IMG/VR virus record: IMGVR_UViG_3300024331_000007
Span: 192,001-256,000 of that record
Direction: 5' to 3' (one strand)
Length of the DNA: 64,000 nucleotides
Source of the DNA: a virus
Lineage: Duplodnaviria; Caudoviricetes
Shown one piece after another: positions 1 through 9,067 of this stretch. Each line of letters opens with the position of its first letter. Positions within the stretch are counted from its first letter, which is position 1. A program made the position numbers and the translations under genes. The notes beneath the pieces are model-generated. The model did no database searches and was not told the origin of the DNA. It saw only the letters and a program-made list of their open reading frames with translations.

Positions 1-556
1 TTCGAATCTTTCCTTTTGCTTTTTTGTTTACGCTTTTCAGACCCGAGCCAGATGTAATAATCTCACTGCTCTTGTCAAAAAGCTCCATGAACTTGACTGC
101 ACCGGGAGTTTCGACTCCAATTCCGTTGATGAATGATCCTCTGGGCCTAAGAACGGAGAAATTGTTACCCCATCCCCCTTCACTCTTCAATGTCAATGTC
201 TGGGCCTTAAGAATATCAAGGATTCCAACCATACTATCTGCATCAAATGTTGGGGATGGACTCACAAAACAATTAATTAGGCTTGTTCCTTTAAATTCTG
301 TTCCTGCATTTGCAAGGATTCTCCCACCGGGAACCACCTTGAAGTCGGTCATCATATCATAAAAGTTTTCCGCCCATTGCTGCCTGAGAGAAGGAATTTC
401 AACGCTTGCCATAGCGCATGCTACGCGCCAAAATGATTCATTAATGTCTGTGTCTTTGTGATCTTTGTAGGTTGTTCCCCAAACTTCCTCGCTGAACGAG
501 TCTTGAAAAAGGGTAGAAAATTCTGGACGGGTATTATATGATACTAATGCGCTCAA
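1..556 (-). CDS. nrdJ: Ribonucleotide reductase large subunit, N-terminal part (class II/B12-dependent type likely); truncated by window edge
   Basis: Manual translation from TTG at 556 (SD GAGGT 8 nt upstream), open to position 2: ...FKVVPGGRILANAG...SLINCFV...EGGWGNNFSVLRPRGSFINGIGVETPGAVKFMELFDKSSEIITSGSG...KGKIR. These are RNR motifs. Absent from ORF track; class assignment is from memory of motifs. Confidence 0.8.
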   Translation of the reverse strand, partial: MSALVSYNTRPEFSTLFQDSFSEEVWGTTYKDHKDTDINESFWRVACAMASVEIPSLRQQWAENFYDMMTDFKVVPGGRILANAGTEFKGTSLINCFVSPSPTFDADSMVGILDILKAQTLTLKSEGGWGNNFSVLRPRGSFINGIGVETPGAVKFMELFDKSSEIITSGSGLKSVNKKAKGKIR

Positions 557-666
557 GTTGTTATACCTCTAATATAGTGTAAGTCCCAAACGAATGTTCA
601 GGTTAGGTGTTTGTATTTAGGTTTTTGCCTTCGTTTTTGCTCTGTAAGTCTCAATTTCAAATGCAG

Positions 667-693
667 AAAAAGCCCAATAAAATTGGGCTTTTT
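667..693. terminator. Intrinsic terminator (bidirectional)
   Basis: AAAAAGCCCAAT-aaa-ATTGGGCTTTTT hairpin downstream of 736..1041. Confidence 0.7.
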
Positions 694-735
694 TCATAGA
701 TTCTCTATACGATTTCTGCCTAATCTTTACACTGA

Positions 736-1041
736 TTATAGCACGGAATCTCGCTTTAGCTTGAATAAAAAATGTTCTCCTGTGGTGGCTTCTTCTACTT
801 CATCATCTCTACGAATTGTTGTGTTTTGTCCGAGTCCTATATCAATAAACAATCTTCTCCAAGTACATCCCTTAGAATACGACGCATCTATGTCCGTTAT
901 TTCTCCGATTACATAATCATCTACAATGGTCAATCTACATTCCAAATCTGGACAATTTTTGAACACTGTAATATCAGGAATGTCAGTTCGTGGATTATCC
1001 CTAACCCGCACAGCATCCCCCTTTTGTAAAATTTTTGCCAT
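736..1041 (-). CDS. Small SH3/KOW-like protein (family C)
   Basis: N-terminal LQKGDAVRV; C-terminal EHFLFKLK resembles the shared FLxKLE tail. Confidence 0.5.
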   Translation of the reverse strand: MAKILQKGDAVRVRDNPRTDIPDITVFKNCPDLECRLTIVDDYVIGEITDIDASYSKGCTWRRLFIDIGLGQNTTIRRDDEVEEATTGEHFLFKLKRDSVL

Positions 1042-1074
1042 AACTTACTCCAAATTCTCACATCATGTATAAAT

Positions 1075-1653
1075 ATGATGGGAGAACTTATGAAAAACAA
1101 AAAGTATGCCGAATACAAACTTTCTGGTTTGTGTGTTCGATGTGGGGCCATTCCTGAGAACGGGAAAACAAGATGCGAAACGTGCAATGCTGAACATCTA
1201 AACTATACTAAACGATCACGAGCGAAAGCCGCCAAAAATGGAAAATGTTTGTATTGTTTGGTTGCCTCCCGACACCAAAATTTTACTATGTGTAAAGACT
1301 GCCTACTCAAGCATAACACAAAAGGAAAGGAAAACTATCAAAAAATGCGGTCGGCTTGCATAGAAGCATATGGAAAACATTGTGTTTGTTGTGGTCTAAA
1401 CAATCCGAAATATCTTCAACTCGATCATATCAATAACGATGGCGAAGCCCATCGTAAAGAAGTATTTCGAGGTAACAGAAAAGGATCAATGTATGCGTGG
1501 GCATACCACAATAATTTTCCTGACATACTACAATTGTTGTGCGGAAATTGTCATCAAGCTAAAACATCTTGTGGAGGTTGTTCAGCATCAGATCATCCAA
1601 AATGGGACGGTCACACAACTTTATTGTATGCCAGTTTTGTTCTCATCCAATGA
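1075..1653 (+). CDS. HNH endonuclease with multiple CxxC zinc-finger modules (antisense insertion)
   Basis: LQLDHINNDG...LQLLCGNCH; repeated CxxC; TATAAATA at 1068-1075; probable start at 1090 after GGGAG. Confidence 0.8.
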   Translation: MMGELMKNKKYAEYKLSGLCVRCGAIPENGKTRCETCNAEHLNYTKRSRAKAAKNGKCLYCLVASRHQNFTMCKDCLLKHNTKGKENYQKMRSACIEAYGKHCVCCGLNNPKYLQLDHINNDGEAHRKEVFRGNRKGSMYAWAYHNNFPDILQLLCGNCHQAKTSCGGCSASDHPKWDGHTTLLYASFVLIQ

Positions 1654-2630
1654 CCGTGCGTTTGAACATGTTTCTTTCTTACATATTTCCCAACAACCGT
1701 TCTAAATTCCCGAAACTGAAAAGTTGACGCTGGTCTAATTACATATCCTTCTTGTTTAGTAGTGTCAATCGAGGATAAGATTTTTTCTTGTAAATCGTCA
1801 GTCCATATTCCGCGATAAATTACTGGCACAGTTTCGAGGTCAAGTAATTTTGCATACATTACCGTGTCATCCCAACTTAGACAAGTCATTCCATCCCAAA
1901 TACTAAAAACTTGACAGAAGGCTTTCAAATTCTCATAGTATATCGAGTGTACCGCTGTCAAATTTTCACAGCATATCCTGAATGTTTTCGGGATGTTATG
2001 AGCGATTTGGGCGTGAAGTGCCTTTATTTGGTTTCGGCTTGGATGCGGCTCGTAATCAATACTTCTCGCATGCAAATCGTTCCAATAGAAAGATGTATTC
2101 TCACCGTCCATCTTTTCAGTTACCACGACTTCGTGATTCCAGCTTGCCACAACCTCGGCAGGCAACCGCCTGTCGTCCTTTGTAGCACCGGGACTCCACG
2201 GAAGATGGTATGTTCGAGGATACTTAACCTTTTCGGTGAAAAGATGGAGCACAGGTTCCAAAACTTTCTGAACACTGAGGTCTTCGAACAATTCTCCACG
2301 AACACGCTGCTCATTCGGCAAAATAGGATTTCCCCATTTGTCGTATCTTTGATCGCCATAAAGATGTTCAGGAAGAATGACGGTTTTGATTTTTGCAGCT
2401 TCTCGCAATACTTCAGTGCTGAGCATAGTGCTCTCTGCGTCAAGATGGCAAATTCCACAAACTGTCACACCATTATCAAGATAGTATCCGCCATCATGAA
2501 ACAATCTACGTTCCATAATGTGATGGGCATCTTGTCCCGGTTTTTTGCAGTAGACACACAGAGAGTTATCGCGCTGGAATACACCAGTACGGAATTGGTC
2601 GCGTGTTAGAAGTTTCGGTTCCATAATCAA
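1611..2630 (-). CDS. RNA ligase (Rnl2-like ATP-dependent nucleotidyltransferase) with N-terminal HNH domain
   Basis: N-terminal CVYC...DAHHI...NGVTVCGICH; ligase motifs TEKMDGEN, EGYVIR, KYVRKKHVQTHGHW. Confidence 0.85.
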   Translation of the reverse strand: MIMEPKLLTRDQFRTGVFQRDNSLCVYCKKPGQDAHHIMERRLFHDGGYYLDNGVTVCGICHLDAESTMLSTEVLREAAKIKTVILPEHLYGDQRYDKWGNPILPNEQRVRGELFEDLSVQKVLEPVLHLFTEKVKYPRTYHLPWSPGATKDDRRLPAEVVASWNHEVVVTEKMDGENTSFYWNDLHARSIDYEPHPSRNQIKALHAQIAHNIPKTFRICCENLTAVHSIYYENLKAFCQVFSIWDGMTCLSWDDTVMYAKLLDLETVPVIYRGIWTDDLQEKILSSIDTTKQEGYVIRPASTFQFREFRTVVGKYVRKKHVQTHGHWMRTKLAYNKVV

Positions 2631-2643
2631 CTCTCACGTAATT

Positions 2644-2672
2644 ATCGTACTGTAAAGGATTATGGTTGTCAA
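2644..2672 (-). promoter_or_regulatory. sigma70-type promoter for the RNA ligase gene
   Basis: TTGACA-17 nt-TACGAT on minus strand. Confidence 0.65.
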
Positions 2673-2812
2673 CCAAAATCTTCAATACGATTACCAAATA
2701 TTAAAAATAAACAGCGCAAGAAGAAGCCAATTACCCTCGCTCATATCTTTTGGCTTGTGCTCAAAGCAGCCAACCAACCACAAGCCAAGCAGTATAACTA
2801 TAGCTGTGTGCA

Positions 2813-3106
2813 TTATTTGCCATCCTTTGAACTGGAGCTAGACGAACTTTTAAACAGAAAGGATGTAAGAACCATAATTCCCCATGCCTGTTTCCAAGAA
2901 ATAAGATGGACTCCAACTACAGCGGGAACTAGGCACCCATTCCACAGTTTCATTACAGGCCAAGCAGATACGAATCCAATTATAACGAACAGCAATGCAA
3001 ATCCAGCCACTGTCAAAATTACTCGGAATCCAGATTCCATTGTATCTCCAATCTTCGCTTTCAAAAACTTCCCAACTATACTTCCAATCTTGTCTTCGAT
3101 ATTCAT
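2813..3106 (-). CDS. Small membrane protein
   Basis: Hydrophobic segments VILTVAGFALLFVIIGFVSAWPV and AWGIMVLTSFLF. Confidence 0.6.
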   Translation of the reverse strand: MNIEDKIGSIVGKFLKAKIGDTMESGFRVILTVAGFALLFVIIGFVSAWPVMKLWNGCLVPAVVGVHLISWKQAWGIMVLTSFLFKSSSSSSSKDGK

Positions 3107-3711
3107 CGATGCCTCAATTCAGGCCACAAATGTGGTGTGCCAACAACAAGCAATCGCGTAAATCTGTTTATATCTCTGCTTGAAATAAAAGTTTCAGGAT
3201 CGATGTACATTCCGACAACTTCATGACTTTTATTCATCAGAGGATAACCCAATGTTGGACTTCCTAAAATCGCACCATGATAAGTAAACTCTTGATTCCC
3301 TCCATCGGCGATTTTCAATGGAACGATTTCCAACATATTTTCATCAGCAGCAGGCAGTAATTCTAAACAAGCAAGATTCAAACCGAGAGGATAATACCCA
3401 TGCGTCCTTAAAGTTGCCGAATGTATTTTTCCACCTATTGTAACCTCGATTGTTTTGTTCCCGCTTGGATGGCTTTGTTCCGATTCAATTATTTCGACGG
3501 CAGAGAAGGGAACGATAAAATCACAAGTAGACGTTGTAAATCCTGCGGAACGGCTTAGCACATATGAGGTTTCCTTTTTATCATAGTGATAATGCACCGT
3601 TACAGTCATGGTTCCTACTTCATAGTACCATGATGGATGAGACTCCTGAACAGGTTGGGCGAAAGATGAAATTGCGGAAACAGCTAGAAAACCAATAACT
3701 CCAATTTTCAT
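3103..3711 (-). CDS. Exported protein, possible catalytically dead trypsin-like fold
   Basis: Signal peptide; LNLACLEL and GSPTLGYPLMNKSHEVVGM align by eye with trypsin DLALL and GNSGGPLxNxxGEVVGI motifs, without the triad residues. Confidence 0.4.
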   Translation of the reverse strand: MKIGVIGFLAVSAISSFAQPVQESHPSWYYEVGTMTVTVHYHYDKKETSYVLSRSAGFTTSTCDFIVPFSAVEIIESEQSHPSGNKTIEVTIGGKIHSATLRTHGYYPLGLNLACLELLPAADENMLEIVPLKIADGGNQEFTYHGAILGSPTLGYPLMNKSHEVVGMYIDPETFISSRDINRFTRLLVVGTPHLWPELRHR

Positions 3712-3932
3712 TATGACACCTTTCTTTTTTCGTATTCCTCAGCAATGTACCAACGTCTCGTCAATCCAGTTTGTTCCGCGTCTTTGTTCAGATAATCAAT
3801 TTGAGCACGAGAACAAATAGCCTTCATTCCGTTGAACGGGCTTCCGTCAACATCTTCACAAATCACGTCAACTAAACTGTGTCTGTTCGCATTCATAGAT
3901 AAATGATACCTCCATCCAATCACTCCACACAA
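3711..3932 (-). CDS. Hypothetical protein
   Basis: ORF coupled to neighbours by stop/start overlap. Confidence 0.45.
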   Translation of the reverse strand: MCGVIGWRYHLSMNANRHSLVDVICEDVDGSPFNGMKAICSRAQIDYLNKDAEQTGLTRRWYIAEEYEKRKVS

Positions 3933-4308
3933 TTCTTTCAGATGGCTTTTTAAACTCTCGAACGTAATATTTCTTTTCCCACAACTTTCCTCGTTTGTTG
4001 TTGCATTTAAAACAGCTACCCACTAAATTTCTCCAATGATTTGTTCCACCAACTGAAATTGAAATTATGTGATCAACGGTAAACTGTTTCACATCTCCGC
4101 CACTACCTTCTAAAACACAGTCACATTTACACCACCAGCATTTTCCATGTTGTGCTTCCCACAAACGCAAACGGTGCGATCTATACTTATTTTTTCGGCG
4201 CACGGTTGTATACGGAGCATCTGTGACGTAACTTTGCATTAAATCCAAATCATAACCCAGAATAATTTTTCCAAATTGTTCAAGAGCATGCTCATAGAAG
4301 TCTATCAT
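3868..4308 (-). CDS. HNH endonuclease
   Basis: QHGKCWWC...TVDHIISISVGGTNHWRNLVGSCFKCNNKRG; ATG at 4308 overlaps ligase TGA (ATGA). Confidence 0.85.
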   Translation of the reverse strand: MIDFYEHALEQFGKIILGYDLDLMQSYVTDAPYTTVRRKNKYRSHRLRLWEAQHGKCWWCKCDCVLEGSGGDVKQFTVDHIISISVGGTNHWRNLVGSCFKCNNKRGKLWEKKYYVREFKKPSERIVWSDWMEVSFIYECEQTQFS

Positions 4309-6320
4309 AGCCCCAACGTCTTTCTCACCCATGCGTCGTCAACAATCTTGATGCCCTTCTTTTGTGCCTTCGCCAACTTGGAACCGGGCTTATCGCCAAC
4401 GATCACAAGGTTGCAATTGGATCGCACATCGTCAACAATCTCCGCGCCGAGTGCTTCCAACTTTACGCCAACTTCCTTGCGAGTTCCCATGCTGAGTTCG
4501 CCAGTCATGCAAATCACGATTCCAGCAAGCGGAGCACCAGCAGCAACAGTCTTTGCCACGAGAGCAGCAGGACGGACGCCAGCCTTGTACAGCCGTTCGC
4601 AGAGCAGAACGCTATCCTTGTTCTTCGCCCATGCGATAACGCCAACAGTCTTAACTTTTCCAAGTTTCTCCAGATTCAACTTTGGCAAAGTCAGAAGCAA
4701 GGCAGGAAGATTTTTCATGTCTTCCGTTCCAAGATTCAACGCCTTCGCAATATCCTCACCTAGCGAGTGTCCGATGTTCGGAATGTTAAGACTTGCAATC
4801 CAACGATCCCAATTCGCAGTCTTTGCTTTTTGAATCGACTTTGCCATCTTTGCAACATTCTTTGCAGACGTAAAGCCAATACCCTTGATGCGATTTGAAA
4901 ACTGCGTTTCAGTGTCACCAGCCAAGGCAAACATAACATTGTTGGAAAATTCAACCAACTCAGCAATATTGGTTGCTTTTTTGAGTGAAACAAGTTCTTC
5001 GGCCATTGACTCGCCCAAATTGTCAATCTCAAGTGTTTCGCGATTGCCAATATACTTGAACTGCTTAGCAGCCTTGCCACCGCAGAAATTGTTCGGGCAG
5101 AATCGCTGAATGATTTCCTCAGTCGTATCAAACGCCAGCTTCGTTTTGCAAGATGGGCAAGTTGTCGGGAAAACGATCTTCTGAGTTCCCGGCTTCGTCA
5201 CACCAACAATGTACGGGATAACGTCGCCAGAACGAAGAATTTTCACAGTGCAACCAATTGACAATCCAAGTGCTTCCATGTACGTTTCGTTGCAAAGTGT
5301 AGCACGAGCAACCATTGCGCCGCCTAGATTCACAGGCTTGAGCAACGCCACAGGTGTAATCTTGCCAGTGCGTCCCAATCCATATTCGATTCCAAGCAAT
5401 TTGGTTTCGGACGCGAGATTTTGTGGCTTGAAACAATTTTGGTATCGAGTAAATTTTGTTGCAACACCCAATAAATTACGAACTTTATGACTATCTGCCT
5501 TTATTACGACGCCATCAGCGATTATATCAGAATTTTCAATATTCTTAAGTGTGCGATGCAGTTCTGATAAAATTTGATTTTTCTGTACCTTCATGCCTTC
5601 GGGATGAGGAAATCCAAAATTAAAAGCTAACTTCATACGATCATATGCACTATCGGACAATAAATTATCTTCGGTTGGACAGTACATATCCCAAGGAAAA
5701 AATTCCAATTTACGAGATTTTACAATGGACAGGTCTTGCTGTTTGAGTGTTCCGCTTACTAGGTTTCTCGTGTTTGCATAATTCTTTCCACCAAGAGAGT
5801 TAATTCTTGCCAATTCAGAATTACGTATGACAACTTCTCCGCGAATCCGCAGATCGTGAATTTTTGTAATTATGTGTTGAGGGATTGCCTTGCAAACTTT
5901 AATTTGTGCTGACATATCTTCGCCAGAATTTCCATCACCGCGCGATACAGCGCGAGTTAACACGCCGTCGATATAAGTTAGTTCAGCACTGCACCCGTCA
6001 AATTTTGGTTCAATCAAAACCCAAGTTCCATAATTTTTTGCGGCATCCTCAAACGTCTCTTCAGTATAATAGTTCTCAATCGATAACATAGGTCTTGCGT
6101 GAGGAACACGCAACAAAGAATTGGCATCGACTCCAACCTGTGATAAAGTCGTGGCAATATTTGCATATTGAGGATTCATTACAATAAGCGCCGATAACTG
6201 AGCTTCTAATGCATCATACTGAGCATCTGTTATCATCGGACTACCACTATAATAGGCAGTCTGAGCATTCAAAAGTTCTTGGTTTATTTTCGAAATCGAG
6301 GTCTTAATCGTTTGACTCAT
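4305..6320 (-). CDS. ligA: NAD-dependent DNA ligase with C-terminal BRCT domain
   Basis: ITDAQYDAL, HARPMLSI, adenylation motif EPKFDG, RGDGNSGED, RGEV, DGVVIK, GRTGKITPVA, C4 zinc finger, BRCT (ICMTGEL...GDKPGSKLAKAQKKGI). Confidence 0.97.
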   Translation of the reverse strand: MSQTIKTSISKINQELLNAQTAYYSGSPMITDAQYDALEAQLSALIVMNPQYANIATTLSQVGVDANSLLRVPHARPMLSIENYYTEETFEDAAKNYGTWVLIEPKFDGCSAELTYIDGVLTRAVSRGDGNSGEDMSAQIKVCKAIPQHIITKIHDLRIRGEVVIRNSELARINSLGGKNYANTRNLVSGTLKQQDLSIVKSRKLEFFPWDMYCPTEDNLLSDSAYDRMKLAFNFGFPHPEGMKVQKNQILSELHRTLKNIENSDIIADGVVIKADSHKVRNLLGVATKFTRYQNCFKPQNLASETKLLGIEYGLGRTGKITPVALLKPVNLGGAMVARATLCNETYMEALGLSIGCTVKILRSGDVIPYIVGVTKPGTQKIVFPTTCPSCKTKLAFDTTEEIIQRFCPNNFCGGKAAKQFKYIGNRETLEIDNLGESMAEELVSLKKATNIAELVEFSNNVMFALAGDTETQFSNRIKGIGFTSAKNVAKMAKSIQKAKTANWDRWIASLNIPNIGHSLGEDIAKALNLGTEDMKNLPALLLTLPKLNLEKLGKVKTVGVIAWAKNKDSVLLCERLYKAGVRPAALVAKTVAAGAPLAGIVICMTGELSMGTRKEVGVKLEALGAEIVDDVRSNCNLVIVGDKPGSKLAKAQKKGIKIVDDAWVRKTLGL

Positions 6321-6326
6321 ATACAT

Positions 6327-6355
6327 ATTATACCAAACATATTCTTAGAAGTCAA
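6327..6355 (-). promoter_or_regulatory. sigma70-type promoter, leaderless geometry (ligA)
   Basis: TTGACT-17-TATAAT, then 6 nt to ATG at 6320, no SD. Confidence 0.75.
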
Positions 6356-6370
6356 GGCAAATTAAGTCCT

Positions 6371-7321
6371 TTATTTTGAGTCAGATATGATGGCCATTTT
6401 CAATATTTTCTTGATTTCTTTCTCTTTCCAATGCGGAATATACAAAATTTCCCAATTATTCTCTTGACAATATAACTTTTTTATTTCGTCTCGTTTCTTG
6501 TAGGTTTCAAAAATTTCATTCGTCTCTTTTTCAGATAATTTACCACTCCAATCAATCGGTCGATAATGCTGTTCTCCTTGAAATTCGATTAACAAGTTTA
6601 CAGTATCATTGTTCATGATTGCAAAATCGAATACAAGCGGATTTTTATATCTGCAATCTTCAAATCTGTATTGTCTAATATATTGTATCGAATTATTTTG
6701 AAGCCATTTCTCAATAATTCGTTCGCCCTTAGATGCAGAACAAACAGGACATCCAGTTTTCATATGAAGATGATTCATAGGAGATTGTAAAAATTCGCCA
6801 TGCGTAGGACAAATAATTATTACCTTTGTTCTACAATTTTTGTATTTTGTTTTACTGTAATCATAATAGGTTCCATGTATCTTTTTAGATTCTCCAATAA
6901 ATTTTTCAGTTGACCACGGCTGTTTATTTGAACAACAATAAGGTTTTATTCCATTCAATAAAGTGTTTACTCTTTGCTCAAAATATCCATGCTTAGGGCA
7001 TTTCAAAATAACTTTGGTTTTTGAACCCACCCAAACAAATTTATCAAATCCGTAGGTATCTCCGAACTTTTCTTTTATTTGTTTGACAACAAGTTCACTA
7101 TCAAATTTCTTAACTCGGCCTTCGCAATTCGGGCAGCAATTTTTATTCGGGGATAGATGATGACAAATCCATTGAAAAAATTTTGTCCCGCATCTCTTAC
7201 AGATAAGCGTAATTTTAGATTTACTACTTGTATAAACAAAATCCGAATAGTCGAATCTATCGCCGTGAATTGCTTGTGATCGTTCTATGATAACTTCTCG
7301 TGTTAATTTCTTATTTGCCAT
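6371..7321 (-). CDS. Homing-endonuclease-like protein: repeated HGxxYDYS/CxxHG zinc modules plus C-terminal PD-(D/E)XK (Vsr/DUF2726-like) nuclease
   Basis: HGDRFDYSDFVY, IICPTHGEF, GCPVC, FDFAI...LIEFQGEQHY; TATAAATA 5 nt before ATG 7321. Confidence 0.8.
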   Translation of the reverse strand: MANKKLTREVIIERSQAIHGDRFDYSDFVYTSSKSKITLICKRCGTKFFQWICHHLSPNKNCCPNCEGRVKKFDSELVVKQIKEKFGDTYGFDKFVWVGSKTKVILKCPKHGYFEQRVNTLLNGIKPYCCSNKQPWSTEKFIGESKKIHGTYYDYSKTKYKNCRTKVIIICPTHGEFLQSPMNHLHMKTGCPVCSASKGERIIEKWLQNNSIQYIRQYRFEDCRYKNPLVFDFAIMNNDTVNLLIEFQGEQHYRPIDWSGKLSEKETNEIFETYKKRDEIKKLYCQENNWEILYIPHWKEKEIKKILKMAIISDSK

Positions 7322-7368
7322 ATATCTATTTATACAAAATATCAACATTGTTTGTTAAAATGGCATTA

Positions 7369-7393
7369 AAATAGCCCATCAGATGGGCTATTT
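7369..7393 (-). terminator. Intrinsic terminator hairpin
   Basis: AAATAGCCCAT-cag-ATGGGCTATTT. Confidence 0.7.
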
Positions 7394-7408
7394 GCTCAGT
7401 ATCTTAAA

Positions 7409-7630
7409 TTATTTTAAAGGATATTTGGCCTCAAATTCATCTTTCAACGCAACTTGTTTTGCTGCACATTGCCATGCCTCTTTACGAGTATCATGAGTGT
7501 GTGAGATACCGTGATAGCATCTATCAGAAACAGCGGGAATTACAATCAAAAAACCAGCCACACCGGGATCGCCGTCAGGCTTACAGGTTGCCTTTGGATA
7601 ACGAGCCAAAACTTTTTGTCTGTTAGTCAT
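7409..7630 (-). CDS. Dispersed family A protein (YPxA...EAW)
   Basis: MTNRQKVLARYPKA...TRKEAWQCAAKQV; lacks the MLxKLE tail. Confidence 0.7.
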   Translation of the reverse strand: MTNRQKVLARYPKATCKPDGDPGVAGFLIVIPAVSDRCYHGISHTHDTRKEAWQCAAKQVALKDEFEAKYPLK

Positions 7631-7633
7631 AAA

Positions 7634-7682
7634 CCCTTTCAAATCAATGGTTAACGAGATGCAGCAATGCGAATCGAATTCA
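7634..7682 (-). repeat. 49 bp direct repeat copy 1 (copy 2 at 8105-8153), containing a mini-ORF end and the next gene's RBS
   Basis: 44/49 identical; encodes NSIRIAASR* vs NPIRVAASR*, followed by CCATTGATTTGAAAGGG. Confidence 0.85.
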
Positions 7683-7711
7683 ACACAGATAACCCCTTCA
7701 TTTGGAAAGAG

Positions 7712-8098
7712 TTATCTGCCAATTTTGCTCCATTCTTGAGCAAATCTTTTGATTTTTGCTTGTTCTTCGTGCAATGTTCGGATACGAATTTCTTTCAATC
7801 GGGAAGCATTCGGGATGCTGTAATGCGAATTTTCGCGCAATGATGGAAACTGAGTGTCTACCTGTGCAATAAACTCGTCTATCTTCTTTAGAAAGAATGA
7901 CTTTGCATACAGCGCAAGATATTGCGGGATGCTATTCAGCCCCAATTTTTCGCGATGCTGAAACCATTCCACATGATCGTTCAGCGTGATCCGCTCTAAC
8001 TCATAGACAAACAAGACAATAGCGAGTAAATCCGCCGCGCTCTTTTTCGGGTTCTTTTGTGCAATTTCACGAAAATACTCTGACGGCAATTGTCTCAT
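7712..8098 (-). CDS. Hypothetical protein between the 49 bp repeats
   Basis: ATG 8098 after GAAAGGG. Confidence 0.6.
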   Translation of the reverse strand: MRQLPSEYFREIAQKNPKKSAADLLAIVLFVYELERITLNDHVEWFQHREKLGLNSIPQYLALYAKSFFLKKIDEFIAQVDTQFPSLRENSHYSIPNASRLKEIRIRTLHEEQAKIKRFAQEWSKIGR

Positions 8099-8104
8099 TG
8101 CAAG

Positions 8105-8153
8105 CCCTTTCAAATCAATGGTTAACGCGAAGCCGCAACGCGAATCGGATTCA
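8105..8153 (-). repeat. 49 bp direct repeat copy 2
   Basis: See 7634-7682. Confidence 0.85.
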
Positions 8154-8472
8154 TTCTCTGTACGAAACGAGTGAAAAGACCAGTGTAATTCGTGAAAAGG
8201 TCTTGCAGCGCGTCAAAATAGACGCCAGCCTCAGTCGCTACAACTTCATTTTTGTAACCGTTCGCCGTTCTACGGGCATTGACAAACTCAACTGTGTAAA
8301 GATCGTCGGGAGTCAGAGTGATTTTAACCAGCGTGATTTTGTTTTCGGCGTTCGGAACGCGAAACGAAAGAGAGTTGGTATCGCTAACAAAGGTATTTGC
8401 ACCAGTCATCATGCGAAAACGACCACCACCAAGTTGCTCATAAATCGTCTGCGAAACCGTCATATCAGCCAT
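8122..8472 (-). CDS. Conserved phage early hypothetical protein (QLGGxxFxMMTGA type)
   Basis: IYEQLGGGRFRMMTGA...ITLTPDDLYTVEF; promoter and SD directly upstream. Confidence 0.6.
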   Translation of the reverse strand: MADMTVSQTIYEQLGGGRFRMMTGANTFVSDTNSLSFRVPNAENKITLVKITLTPDDLYTVEFVNARRTANGYKNEVVATEAGVYFDALQDLFTNYTGLFTRFVQRMNPIRVAASR

Positions 8473-8478
8473 TTGTCA

Positions 8479-8532
8479 TTCCTCTCGACTACCTATATAG
8501 AATAACAAAGTTTGGTCAGAATGTCAACCAAA
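8479..8532 (-). promoter_or_regulatory. Early sigma70 promoter + RBS module, copy 1
   Basis: TTGACA-17-TATTCT...AGGTAGTCGAGAGGAA; 49/54 identical to 9068-9121. Confidence 0.8.
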
Positions 8533-8566
8533 AAGTTGAATTATTTCGCTGTTTGTTTTCAGCGAC

Positions 8567-8830
8567 TTAACTACCAGTCGTCAAATGGTATACGTTTGGA
8601 TCAGTTGCGTCCTGTGTAAGTTGCTCAATATAAATGTGATGCACGTCGCCGCTCTTGCGAATCAGGGTATCAGCAGCAACATACAATTGGAGCCAAGTGG
8701 GATTCTCTGGGAGAGAAATGAACTGACTGCCATTATCGCCCCAATGCTCAGAGTAGGTCAGCGTAAGTCCTTTGCCATGAATACCTACGGCATCTGGCGT
8801 AAATCCAGCTTCCTCATACATCGACCACAC
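8567..8830 (-). CDS. Hypothetical protein
   Basis: LPENPTWLQLYVAADTLIRKSGDVHHIYIE; ORF track. Confidence 0.55.
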   Translation of the reverse strand: MWSMYEEAGFTPDAVGIHGKGLTLTYSEHWGDNGSQFISLPENPTWLQLYVAADTLIRKSGDVHHIYIEQLTQDATDPNVYHLTTGS

Positions 8831-8893
8831 TGATTTTGCGCCAAACGCTTCGCCAATATGACCCCAAAATCAATATTCCGAGTAATGTCCATC

Positions 8894-9064
8894 TTATTGA
8901 TTCTCCAGACTTTCGTGCGTCTCGACGGTCACGATTTCAGTTAATGGAAGAGTTGACGAACTGGCAAAGGTAATCTGCATACGCTGGCAACCTTCATAAG
9001 AGCCAGTATACAACCGCTGAGCACTCAAATCGTTGACAAATCTCAGAACAAATTCGCCAGTCAT
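8894..9064 (-). CDS. Hypothetical protein
   Basis: ATG 9064 directly after promoter/RBS repeat copy 2. Confidence 0.55.
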   Translation of the reverse strand: MTGEFVLRFVNDLSAQRLYTGSYEGCQRMQITFASSSTLPLTEIVTVETHESLENQ

Positions 9065-9067
9065 GTT

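Noticed and set aside
4305-6320. Inteins or introns in ligase, clamp loader, PhoH or the visible RNR part
   Set aside because: Lengths and motif spacing are normal; no splicing motifs seen.
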